Source of the DNA: Selaginella moellendorffii
Lineage: Eukaryota > Plantae > Lycopodiophyta
DNA: 64,000 nucleotides
Assembly (NCBI RefSeq): GCF_000143415.4
Contig: NW_003314268.1
Coordinates: forward strand, 2,496,494 to 2,560,493
Direction: 5' to 3'
Below the pieces are notes generated by a model that made no database searches, had not been told where the DNA came from, and saw only the letters and a list, made by a program, of their open reading frames with translations. Shown here one piece after another: positions 1 to 11,049 of this stretch. Made by a program: the position numbers and the translations under genes. Every line of letters begins with the position of its first letter. Position 1 is the stretch's first letter.

Positions 1-760
1 CTCAATGCCAAGATGTTGGGTGATCAATCAGTGAAGGGTGCATACATTGAAACTGGATGGGTGGACAAGCGATGCAAAGTTTGTGGCAAAGACACTTTGA
101 AAGAGCCACGCTCCAAAGATAAGCTCGGGAGGTACACTCACGTACCTCCCTAATGGGCTGGCACTCGCCCGTTAACTCGATTTAGCCATTGGCAGCCGTT
201 GGATTGAGTTAGGTTCTCTAATTTCGTGTGTGACGCTCGAGGAACTATCATAATCCAACCATTAATTTTCTAGCCTTTCAATGATACAATTGATCAATAT
301 GACAATGTATCAATTCACATGGACCATGTGGAAGGATAGTAATTTATACAATGGTTCCAAACCATGTAAAATAGTTTGGCAAGCTGAGGAAGTTGGTGTA
401 CCTCCACAACTGATCTTGGAGGGTGGAAGTGGAAATAGAAAGATCTTACATGAAAGTGATCACCTCCCAAAGAGGCGACCAAAGAAACTCGTGGAAGGAG
501 TTCCTGGGACATTTCTGCCCAGAATGCGCAAAGCCGGGCGTTAGCCCGGGGAGGGCAAACGAGTGAGCCTGTGCCCAGGAACGGCCTTAACGGGTTGTGG
601 TGAGACCATTAACAGACACATGAAATAACATTATTCAAGGATGAAAACTTGGCAGGTGGCACCCAGTTCTAGAGAACCTGGCAGTTGTCAGCCACAAGTT
701 AATTTTCCTGGAGAGGAAGCAAACTTTATGGAAGAAACAAGCTGGTATGGACCAATGTTT

Positions 761-2317
761 CTAGTAAACATGAGAATCCAGCCTGGGTATTGGGATAGCC
801 GCAAGAGGTTGACTCTTTTGTTGACAAAGCAGTCCAAATGTTTGATCCATGTTCAACTTTGCCGGATCATCAAGATTCTATCCAGCTTCCAGTCAAATCC
901 TTGAACGAGCATTGCAATACCCATCTGGACAGCATCAAATCCAAGCTTTGCACCAGGACAAACTCTCCTCCCTGTTCCAAACGGAAGTAAGTTGAAACTT
1001 TGGCCAAAGACATCAATGTCTGGCAAGTCAATGAAACACTGTGGCTGAAACTCAAGAGGATCTTTCCAAAACCAAGAGGACAAGACTGATCGAGTAGCTA
1101 CTGATGTAGATTACAGTCCTGTCTGGGAGGGAGTACCCATCGAGCTCAATCAGGCCTCCTTGGACGATCTTGGGAAGAGCTAGCGGAGCCATTGACTAGA
1201 GCCTCATTGTTTTCTTGACTATAGCTTTGACGTATGGAAGTTTTGCAATGTCTGACTCGTTCACAAGCTTTTCTTTGTTGACAATTGTATCAATCTAGTT
1301 TTGAATTTTTGCGAATTCGGCTAGATGCCGGAGAAACTCGCATTCCAGCAAGAGAGCCAAAGTGTCCACAGCACCCAACAACATATCCTTTGGGATTCAT
1401 CCAGCATTGAAGAACAACTTTGACCAAGAGAAACTTACAAGCAAAAGTTGGATTTTGGTGGTGTCTGGGAGTTTCTCTCCCATGGAGATGAGCACGTCGA
1501 TGAAAGCCATGGGCTCCTCGCTGGTGAAAACCGGAGGATCCCCTCGCCGGTCTCGTAAGATCGACAAGTGGTGCCTGTTTACCCGGTTCATCAGCTGCTT
1601 GCACTTCTTCTCCAAGCCTTGGACGTCCAGCCAGCGAATTCCAGGGATGTAATCTCTCACATTGAAGATCCCGGCCAGCCTAACCGTCTCCGCGATCGCT
1701 TGCACGAACTCGTCGACATTCGCAGTGTTTTTGTAGTGTCCACAGAAGCGCTTCCCAAATAGCATGTAAATTATCACGTTCATGTTCATGTCGTGGATCT
1801 TTTGCAGCAGGAGGACCGGATTCCCTCGCTCGTCACTGAGAGATCAAGCAAGACGGTGCTGCTCCTCACGACGGATTCCATCATAAGCTTTGAGCTTGGT
1901 CGGCGAGAGCAAGTGAGTGTTGATGAGCTTCCTGTAGAGTTTCACTTCCGGAGTCTATTGGCTGAAAACTAGACCATTGTAGTCGTTGCCAAAGTATTTC
2001 CCGCAGATCAGTGGAGCTTTGGAGGCAAACTCGAGGCCATGGCGATTGAAAATCTCTTTGGCAGCTCTCTCGGAGATGATTATGACTGTGGGCACGCTGC
2101 CGAGCTTCAAGTGCATCACATCGCCATATCTCTTGGAGAGTTTGTGAAGTGAGATGTGAGGGAGCGAGCCGAGCTTGTGGAGACAGCCAATGACTGGCAA
2201 GTTGAGTGGTCCTGGAGGGAGATTTCCTGGAGGATTTCTTCTTCTAGTAGAAGAGAACCAGAGAGCTGCAGCAAGCAGCACTAAGGCACTCAAAATTGGG
2301 TGGGAGAGAAGATCCAT
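761..2317 (-). pseudogene. Cytochrome P450 (CYP71 clan, A-type) pseudogene
   Basis: N-terminal membrane anchor, LPPGP hinge, LKLGSVP motif and heme motif PFGTGRRVCPG (~950-985). Single intron ~1388-1438. In-frame TAG at 1955-1957 and frame breaks split it over several ORFs. Confidence 0.9.
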
Positions 2318-2695
2318 GAATGGAAGGACACAGAGTAGTACACTAAATGGGAATGGAGGTCTTGCTTTCAAAACACACTTGCTTGACCTTGTCTCACAGT
2401 AACCATCTGGAGGGAGCGAGAGGGATTTTTTATCTCTATGCCAATGCGTTGTCTTAGAAGTCGCGTCTGAGTGAAGGTTTTACAGGAAGGTATCGAAGGT
2501 TTAATGCCCGAGAGAATTCTTATGGCTTAAAGCGTAAGGCTAGCAGCAAATGCCCAGTGGTGGCATATGCACTATGTCTTACATCGGAACAAAACTCTTG
2601 TGAGAGCACCCCCAAGCCGTGCTATTAGTTAAATCATGTCCCTAGAGAAGGCTTGAACCATGCCGGTGTGATTCCATAACAAATAAATATTAGAA

Positions 2696-5600
2696 ATGTA
2701 AGAAAACGTTGTTCTTATATAATAGTTTGTTTTTTCCGGGTTAGGGTTTATGGTGGAGAGGCGCCCGAAGAGAATGTAGATATCGCGTTCAAGGCGATCG
2801 GTGGAGGCGTATCACTCCTGTCGCCTGGCGCGAAGGCTAGTTCTGATTATCATCCAGCGCGGGCGCTTTCAGTGTCCAATCGCTTCGGCTTGACGTTCTT
2901 CGCCAAGCCAGCAGGTACGATCCATGATTCTCCTGGCCAAATCGAAATATTTCCACTGTAGGTTTTGGAGTCGTGAGGACGGTGGACGTTTTGGAGCTCT
3001 CGAGCGGACCCAAGCCTGCTTCTGCGAGTGAGAAATGCTTGGCGAGCGTGGAACTGGACAAAAGTCTCGATTGTGGAGCTTTCAAAGGACGAGCTCACGC
3101 TTGCTGTGTGTGCCGGCTTCGCTGTTCGATTCTACGGAGTCCTTTCTTTGGCGCTCAAGGTTCGTCTACGTTGTCAATTTATTGTAGATTGTTCTTTGAT
3201 TTTCTTTCTAGACCGACACTAGACCGTTCGAGATCCGCGACATCGGCAACGATGCTTTGATCAAGGATTTTCAGTGGTGTAGTTTAGACCAAGACAAAAA
3301 CAAATACCTTGTCTTGACTTCCACAGGAAAGCTTCTCGTCGGAAAAATCGGAGAAGAGCCTACATCCATGAAGGAAAATGTTTCTGCTGGTGCGTAGATT
3401 TATGATTTATCATCGTTCTTGTTATTGCATTTCACTTATTCCATTTTCAGCTTGTTGGAGTCAGTTTGGCAAGCAGATCATGTATGCTACAAGCATGAAG
3501 TTAACGATTGCGTCATCTGATTTTGCCAAGAGTTTTATCATAAATTTCCCAGTAGAATTTCCTGGGTGCGAGGAAGGACTGGAAACTCATGGTACGTGTC
3601 TTTATTGAAAACTCGCATGCTGCTAATGATTTTAAGCTTGTTCTAGTTGATGCTTTACGCTGGATTTCGCCACAAAACATAGTAATTAGCTACGTCCAGT
3701 CGGAGGACGATGAAGAAATTGCCTGTCCGCTGCTTGTGCTTTCAGCGTCTGGTAGGCAACAACTAGTTGAGGTTATTATTTCAATTAGCGAGGTAAGAAT
3801 ACTGACACGTTTGTGTTGGCGTTTTCCAGGCGTGCACGGAGTGTTCTGCTTTAGCGGTTACTCGAAGATTTCCTGCGATTGAAGCTAGTATTATTCCACC
3901 CATGAACAGTCCGTATATGCTTGTGCAGAATCTAGAACCATGGTATGATTTATATTCTCGGCTTCGTGTTTTAAAGTCTTTTTCCAGGAAAATCGTGTTC
4001 ACAACTTGTAGAAGGTCCATCGACGCACATGTTGGCCTTCTAGGCTGGCGGTCCGAAGGTGTTTGCAGTCTTGATTTGTCAGATGATTTGTGGAGAGCTG
4101 ACATCCCCATGTTTGGTAAGTAGACATGTTTTTTAAGTAAACAGTTCTTATACTGTATATCTTTGTAGATTCTTCGAGTGACAATGCCTTAACTGGGCTG
4201 GCGATAGATCAAACATCATTGTTAAAACAGCCTGATCCAAGAAATCCATAAAAACTTCTTCCCCCAAGTCCGGTAATGTTATGCACGTCACTTGACTCAC
4301 GACTTCTGCTATACTCGGTCCTGAGGTGATTGCGAATGATTATTGTTTTTTTGTCATTTTTTATAGTTTATTTTTCAGGTTGGATGGTGAGAGTTGGTAT
4401 AGCCCTGGCCTAATCAGGATTCCATCTAGTCTTGAGGAGTGGGCATCGAAGTCTCCTGATCCTAAGGTTTGTGGCCTATTTTTGTGAATGAATGGGTAAA
4501 GGTCGATTTATGTTTTAGGTGGATGCCGAAGAAAATACTGTAACACCAAATCTTGTACGTGTGGAGTCCAATGTTACCACCATGAATGGCATTCAGCCAA
4601 GGGTGTTTTCTGCATCAAAGACTGTGAACGAGCAGTTGCGTAAAGCTCAGGTGAATTTTAATCAAAAGGAGAAAGAGCCGCCTTTACCTCAAGATGGAGC
4701 ATCACAAATTCCTGTAGAGAGACAGCCATTTTTTAAAAAGGAAGACGCTCCGTCTCATGAGGTTGAGAAACGTTCTTCACGATCACAAGGAGTTTCTGAA
4801 ATGGAAGCAGGCTTTCTGGCAGAAATGGACAAGGTACTTGAACTTTTGGCTTTTATACTTCAAAGTTTGTTTCTGCAGGTGAAGAAAATCGATGATGATA
4901 TTGATGGATTTATGCATATTATCGAGAAAGGTTCTTTTGGATCCGGTTTAACAAGGTCTGGGGTGGACAAGCTGGAAAACGAAATTGTAGCCATTTCAGC
5001 GCGATGCCGTAGTTTTAAGGTAACCTTCCAGGAAATGTTCGGTGTGATGGTTACATTCTTTAAAATCCAGCAAAAACTGCAAGAGAACTGTCAGTTTGTT
5101 GAGGAGCTTCGGGATCAAAGCCTTGATGGTATTACTGTCCTTATTACGACTAACAATTTGAGCTGGAAATTTAGTTGACGCATGGAGAATTTACGTGGAA
5201 AGCCGAGTGGAACAAGCAACTGATAGGCGGTACCAGGACCTCTGGGTTCATCGCAAGCTTCACCCGGAAATGGATATCAAGCGAAAGCATGTTATCAATG
5301 CAGATGAGGTTTATACTACTCGTCCCTATGCATCTGACTAACCATGGTATATATAGAGATTGAAAAGACAAATTTCTGATCTCGAGTCTCATCTTCATAC
5401 TCAAAATATGTCTTCGAAAGAACGGTCTACTGGGGTATAAATGGTTTTTTCAAGTAATTTTGATCTAATTTTTTGTATGTGGCACAGAGACTTCCAATCT
5501 ATTCAAAGTCTTTACAGCACAGTCAACTCTCAGATGGAAGCAGCTGATAAGCTATGTGTACATCTCGCGGACTTGATGGAATCGATGAATATATCGTCAA

Positions 5601-7578
5601 ATGTTACTTCCCTAAGGCCCCGGAAAATGCAATCGTATTTATTACAGACCAAGCCACCGCAGACTAAAGCCGAGAGTGTTTTCTCCACGCCATGCAAGTC
5701 TATCTTGTGTGATGGCTTTGCGCCGGCGGAAAGCACAAGAAGGCGAAGAGATTCCTTAGATAGCGTAAGTATTGTTGCGTTTCTTGCGTTTCCTATTCTT
5801 TTGCTCCGTTCACTTCACAGGGTATTGGAGCAACGAAAACCACGATCAAAAGGATGGTTGGGCATACACATGTGGTCAATAACCGGAAGGCTAAACTGCT
5901 TGAATCAACCTCCAGTAGTTTCCAGCCGCAGTCAACTTTGAAGCAGCCAAGTGTTACAGAAGTGACGACTCTCATATTAGCACCTGCAGCGACATCTTTG
6001 GGTACGACGAGGCCTTCGTTTTCTTCTAGGACTTCACAGAATTCTCCGCCTCTTCTTGGTGACTGGGGTTTAAGATCGCCGCCGCCGTCCTCTAATGCTT
6101 CAGCACTCAAGGTTCCTGACATCTCAAGAACTTCTGGCAATGGTATTCGTTTCGTTACCGCCCCGGCCACAGTCACGTCAAGCATCACCACTCAAGCGAC
6201 ACCATCATCAACGTGGCTACCATCGTTGGAGTTGAAGGCTACACCGTTCACTTCATCGTCGACGTTGAAGGCTGCACCGGCTGTTGCGTCTTCCAGACCT
6301 TCGGAAGTGGAAACTACAGCTTCCACAGTGCAGGCTACACCAGCAACTTCCACATCTTCGGAGCTGAAAGGTACACCAGTCACCACATCTTTTACATCTT
6401 CAGATCTGAAAGCTACACCTATCACCTCAATTCCCACGTGAAGTGTTTTTACAAGATTAGGCGCTCTGTCTCCATTATTCCAGCAGTTGGAGCCGAAGCC
6501 CTCAAACAGTGAACGAGCGCAGTCACATATAGCAGCGACATGTAGCGTCTCCAGCGGTTCCTCCCAGTCGCTTGTAAGCTCGTCGACCTCGGCTACTCTT
6601 CTACCTGCAGCTCCACGTACTACATCAGAAGTGAAGCCAGCAGCTTTCAGCTTCCCGCCATTAGCGTCTCCCGCTATTGCATTATTGTTTGTATCGTCCT
6701 CAGCTGCTACGTCCACACTGACAACAAAAGTTTCTTCCAGCGGTTACACCAGCTCGCCGGCACAATCTACTAGTCAGCTGGTTACTTCACGTTTTCCGGC
6801 TTTGCTTCAATCTCAGCAGCAGCAGCAGACTACTCAAGCCGTGCGGCCGCCACCAGAGGAAGAGGAAGATGACATGGACGAGGAGGCCCCCTCGACTGCA
6901 CTCTCGGGCTTTGGGAATCTCGGCCTGGGCTCGGCCTTGCCTTCTGCGCCAGCGGCGAATCCTTTTGGCGTAACGCAGAGCCCGCAGGCCACCTCGTTCG
7001 GAGCATTGAGTGCACCACCACCTGGTCAGCTGTTCAGGCCGGCTGCATTTTCCTTGAGCTCTCCGGGAACAGGTTTTACGACCGCGCCAGAAGGTGGTGC
7101 GTTCTCCAAGCCCGCCGCGCCTGCTAGTGGATTTGGTCAGGCTCCTTCGAGCGGCTTCGGACAGCCTGTTGGGAGCGCGCTGGGTAGTGCACTGGGTGCA
7201 TTCGGACAGACGAGACAAGTTGGATTTGGTGGTCCAGTGTCAGGTGCAGCTGGTTTCGCAAATGCTTCGCCGGGCGGTGGTTTTGCTCCTGCGGCAACCG
7301 GCGGTGGTTTTGCCAGTGCTACGTCGACTGCTGGTTTTGCGGCCGCGGCATCCGGTGGTGGTTTCGCAGGAGCGGTGCAGCAACAGGTAAAAGTTTTTAT
7401 TGTTTGTTTCTTGGAAGCAATCAACTAAATGGGCGTGACAGGTGGTGGATTTCAAGCGCTTGGCCACAGCGGAAGCTTTGGTGGCTTTGGATTTGGCTCT
7501 GTACAACCGCCTGGTGGATTTCTCCCGGGTGCTGCACAACCGCCGAATAATCCACTTTTCACCGCCATGAGAAAGTGA
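2696..7578 (+). CDS. NUP214: Nuclear pore complex protein NUP214-like, multi-exon; contains in-frame stops, possibly a pseudogenised copy
   Basis: N-terminal beta-propeller-like exons (ARALSVSNRFGLTFFA; DNALTGLAIDQ), coiled-coil middle, S/T/P-rich linker, FG repeats (SGFGQ, GGGFA) and C-terminus NPLFTAMRK* resembling the plant NUP214 ending LFTQMRK. In-frame TAA 4249-4251 and TGA 6439-6441. Start codon uncertain. Confidence 0.85.
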
Positions 7579-7868
7579 TGCAAGGTTTGGGTGTTAAGTT
7601 TTGCTTTTCGATCGGAAGTAAGAATCTTTGATCTTGACAGGGTTGTAGCTTTTTTTCTTACGAGCATTCGTTGGAGATTTTCCAGCTGACACGAGGTATA
7701 TTCCTTTTGTGTCTTCCATAACCCACACGAGGCAGTCGAAAGAGGTTCCCGTTTGTTTCTTTTCTCCTCTCTAGTCGCCTGAAGAAATGTGCTAGCGATT
7801 TTTTTTAAGCATGCAGGAAATGGTATTTGTGTGATCCATAAATTTTGGCTGCAAGTTCATCGTTCGAG

Positions 7869-8347
7869 ATGAGCTCGGAGCGGAGGGAGGAGCGTGCTGC
7901 TGCATCGGATTCACAGCCAGTGTCAGCCGAGTACATTCTTCAAGTAAGAATTCCGCGACTCCCCATGCGTGTAATTTGCCTCGGCTCTTCCTTCCTGCAG
8001 GTACAAAGTTTGATAGAGCAGTGTCTATTGCTCAACATGAACTGCGACGAATGCGTAGCCGCGTTGTCCACGCACTCCAACGTGAAGCCCGTTGTCACAC
8101 TCACAGGCAAGCAAAGAAATTTCGTCTTTTACTAGTAGTTGCTCAATTAAATTCGTTTCCAATCGTCGTATCGCCGACTTAAAGAAAGTGTTCTGTGATC
8201 CCTGCAGTGTGGAACGAGCTCAAGAAAGAGAATGAGAGCTTCTTCACGGCGTACGAGAAGCACCAAGAGACCGGCAAGCACTGCCGAGCTCTGATGGAGG
8301 AGAGGAGGAAGCTGCTTGCGATTGCAAAGCCAAACACTGGTGGATGA
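7869..8347 (+). CDS. Plant-specific A_thal_3526 (TIGR01589/PF09713) family protein, 3 exons
   Basis: Spliced peptide YILQ|VQSLIEQCLLLNMNCDECVAALSTHSNVKPVVTLT|VWNELKKENESFFTAY matches the family pattern VQxLIExCL...VWxELEKENxxFFxAY. Introns 7944-8000 (GT-AG) and 8107-8207 (GC-AG). Confidence 0.85.
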
Positions 8348-9213
8348 TGACGAGCAAGCGAACAAAACAACAAAAGGGCTCTTGAAACGTAGCGGAGGAG
8401 AAGGAAGGAATGCGTTATATGTACAACGCTGGAGAAGGAAGCTCTTGTCCCTCTCACACAACACATAAGGTTTGTCGAAACTCTTGCCTTGTCTTGGCTT
8501 GGCCGTTCTACTTAACTGCGTGGATGTTTGAGTATTTCATTGTCTCGCCAAGGACGAAAAGCCTATCGCTTCATGGCTAGACCCGCTTTGGCCACCACAA
8601 ATATCTTACCACCACACTCTGCGTTTCTCTTTGTTTTTCTTCTTTTTTCCCTCTCTTTGTTAGCTCGTCTTTCGCTGTGACGCTTGCTTGTACGCGAAGT
8701 GTAACAGGCTGGGTTCACTGAATTGTTCACAGGGAAGCCAAAGCTTTTTCGCAGCACTACAAAATAGATCCAGAGAATTCTTCTCGGCCTGTGACTTGGA
8801 GGTTCATCTGGGCTTGGGAGTTGATAGTGAAAAGTGTGGAGATTTTAAAAGATAAAAAAATTGAAACAAAAGGAGTTTTGTTTTGTTTCTTTTTGACGCT
8901 CACAGAAGATTGTCCTGTATAGAAAGAGGTAATATTTGAGAAAGAAAGGAGTGGTGATCCTCCCATGCTTTGAGTGGTCAGGTTCTGAGCAACTTGTAGG
9001 TTGATGCAAATGAGTTGATTGATTGATACACCTCACCCAAAAGAGAGCTTCAACATTTTTCCAGCGACACAAATAACTTTTAATTTGACCGTCTATCTGA
9101 GATTTTTTAGCGTTAAAAGGTCTATTTAGTGTTAACATTTACTTTAGCACATATTAAACGAGAGGGCTTGCAAGCTCACGGCCCAGCAAGTGCGGGAGCA
9201 AAAGCTGTACAAC

Positions 9214-9918
9214 ATGTGGGAGCCTCACGACCTTCCGGACAACTTGTACCAGTGCCCACACTGCCAAGCTTACGACACGCGATTTGATTACTACAACAAC
9301 GACAAGCGCGACCAGCCGCGTTTCGCTTGTAGGGCACGGCCGTGCAAGAAAAAGTAGACGCAGGGTGGCAAGATAAGGGTAGTATCGCCCACATCGCCCA
9401 GCAAACGGAAAGCCAAAACATCGAGCAGCAGCAGCGATGGAGGAGCCAGCATGGACGAGACGAGAGCCGGGCAGGGTTTTCTGGGCGAATTCGCTGGGGA
9501 ATCATCTCAAACTCCGTGGCAACCGGATCAAGAGTTCCGCAGAGGTATGCAAAACAACTTCTGGGGTGGTGTTTGTACAGCACAAGTTGGCAGAGATTTG
9601 CAAAATAACTTCTGGGGGCAACTTCCAGGGCTTGGTGGTGATTTTGCTACACAAGTTTGCAGGGATGTGCAAAACAACGACTTCTGGGTGCAACCCCTAG
9701 AGTTTGGTGGTGATTGTGCGGCACAAGTTGGCGGAGATGTGCAAAACAACTTCTGTGGGCAACCTCAAGAGGTTTTAAGTGCGCCACAAGTTAGGGGAGA
9801 TGTGCAAGACAACTTTTGGGGTCAAAAGTTGGATGACGCCTTTATTGACATTGAGAACCTTGGGAGATTCTTGGAAACCGAATTTACACATCAGTTTAGG
9901 GCTTTATCATCTCACTAG
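9214..9918 (+). pseudogene. Divergent Dof zinc-finger transcription factor with premature stop
   Basis: CPHCQAYDTRFDYYNNDKRDQPRFACRARPCKKK*TQGGKIR aligns to the Dof consensus CPRCxSxxTKFCYYNNYxxxQPRxFCxxCRRYWTxGG. The conserved Trp is TAG at 9355-9357, and the same frame continues into ORF 9451-9918. Confidence 0.8.
9545..9830 (+). repeat. Coding tandem repeat, about 5 units of QVxxD(V/L)QNNFWG
   Basis: GCAAAACAACTTCTGGGG-like units recur about every 50-70 nt in the Dof C-terminal ORF. Confidence 0.85.
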
Positions 9919-10545
9919 TCCTCTTCAATGGTAAACGATAGATAGCCTGGGCGATTGTGCTCATTCCATGAGACGTCTCGAAGTTGGACAAAATTGTGAT
10001 CTTGGGAAATCATCATCAAATAGATTCATCCTTTCATTTTTCTCATATGTTTCTCATGACTTTCAGTGCTGGTACAGTGGAAGGAACAGTGAGACAAGTG
10101 ACACATGTAACATCCTATGCAAAGCACGTGTTTGATTCAATCAATTCTCTTTCGCCATGCTTGACAGCGGCCAAAATTAATAAGAGTAACAATACTGTAA
10201 AAATATTTTGGATGCTATATAATTAGGACTAGAGTAACTATTATGTAAATATCATTACAAACTATCTAAGCTAATAATTATTTTCTATCAAAACATTTGT
10301 AGACTAGTAATTTGCCTATGCTAGTCCTTTAAAAACATTTTAAAGAATTGTAGAAGAGAATCTCTATAATCCTCACTCATCCTCACTTTAGAATTCCACA
10401 CTAGCACTCCCACACTCTAGGGGACTTGGGTATGGCATGTAATTTGTAAGGCAATTTATAATAAAGGACAACCTGGTTGCAAATGAAGACAATCTGGTGA
10501 CAACTTGGTTGCAATGATGACAATCTAGTGGCAAGGCAAGACAAC

Positions 10546-10893
10546 CAAAGACAACCTTTATCCTATAGTTCCTTTATCGTGTTTAATCCCAACATCATCA
10601 AAGGGACTTCTTAAAACATGATATGTAAACTATTCCTTAGTCTTGTTTTTTATGCATACATTTCTTAGTAAATTCTTGTAGGTGTAAAAGATAGAAATGA
10701 ATAGGAGGAAGCAACTAGGGACCAGGGACCTGGAAGACAGCCTAGTGACTATGCAAGACAACCAAAGACAACCTTAATCCCTTTGGTCCCTTTATTGTGT
10801 TCCCAACATCATCAGAGGGACTTATCAAAACACACATATTTAAGCGATTCCTTAGTCTTATTTTTTATGCATACATTTCTTGGCAAATTCTTG
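10546..10893 (+). repeat. ~135-bp direct duplication in the left subterminal region
   Basis: GCAAGACAACCAAAGACAACC...TTTTATGCATACATTTCTT...AAATTCTTG occurs at ~10546-10680 and ~10753-10893. Confidence 0.85.
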
Positions 10894-11049
10894 GAAGTGA
10901 ATTGCCAACCATCACCCTTATTAATTATCACTTATAAGCCTCTAGAGTGGAATTTCCCTTCCCTCTATTTCTATTCACCTTCTTTATTCCTAGAGTCCAA
11001 GGTAGTAGCATATGATTGTTAATACTATTCTATGAGTGAATGATTGAAG

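Noticed and set aside
2740-2749. TTAGGGTTT as an interstitial telomere
   Set aside because: A single unit near a gene start; it is a telo-box like those at 40202, 40296, 49278 and 56588.
1955-9357. Stop codons repaired by RNA editing or readthrough
   Set aside because: U-to-C stop repair is known only for organellar transcripts, and the accompanying frameshifts in the P450 point to ordinary decay.
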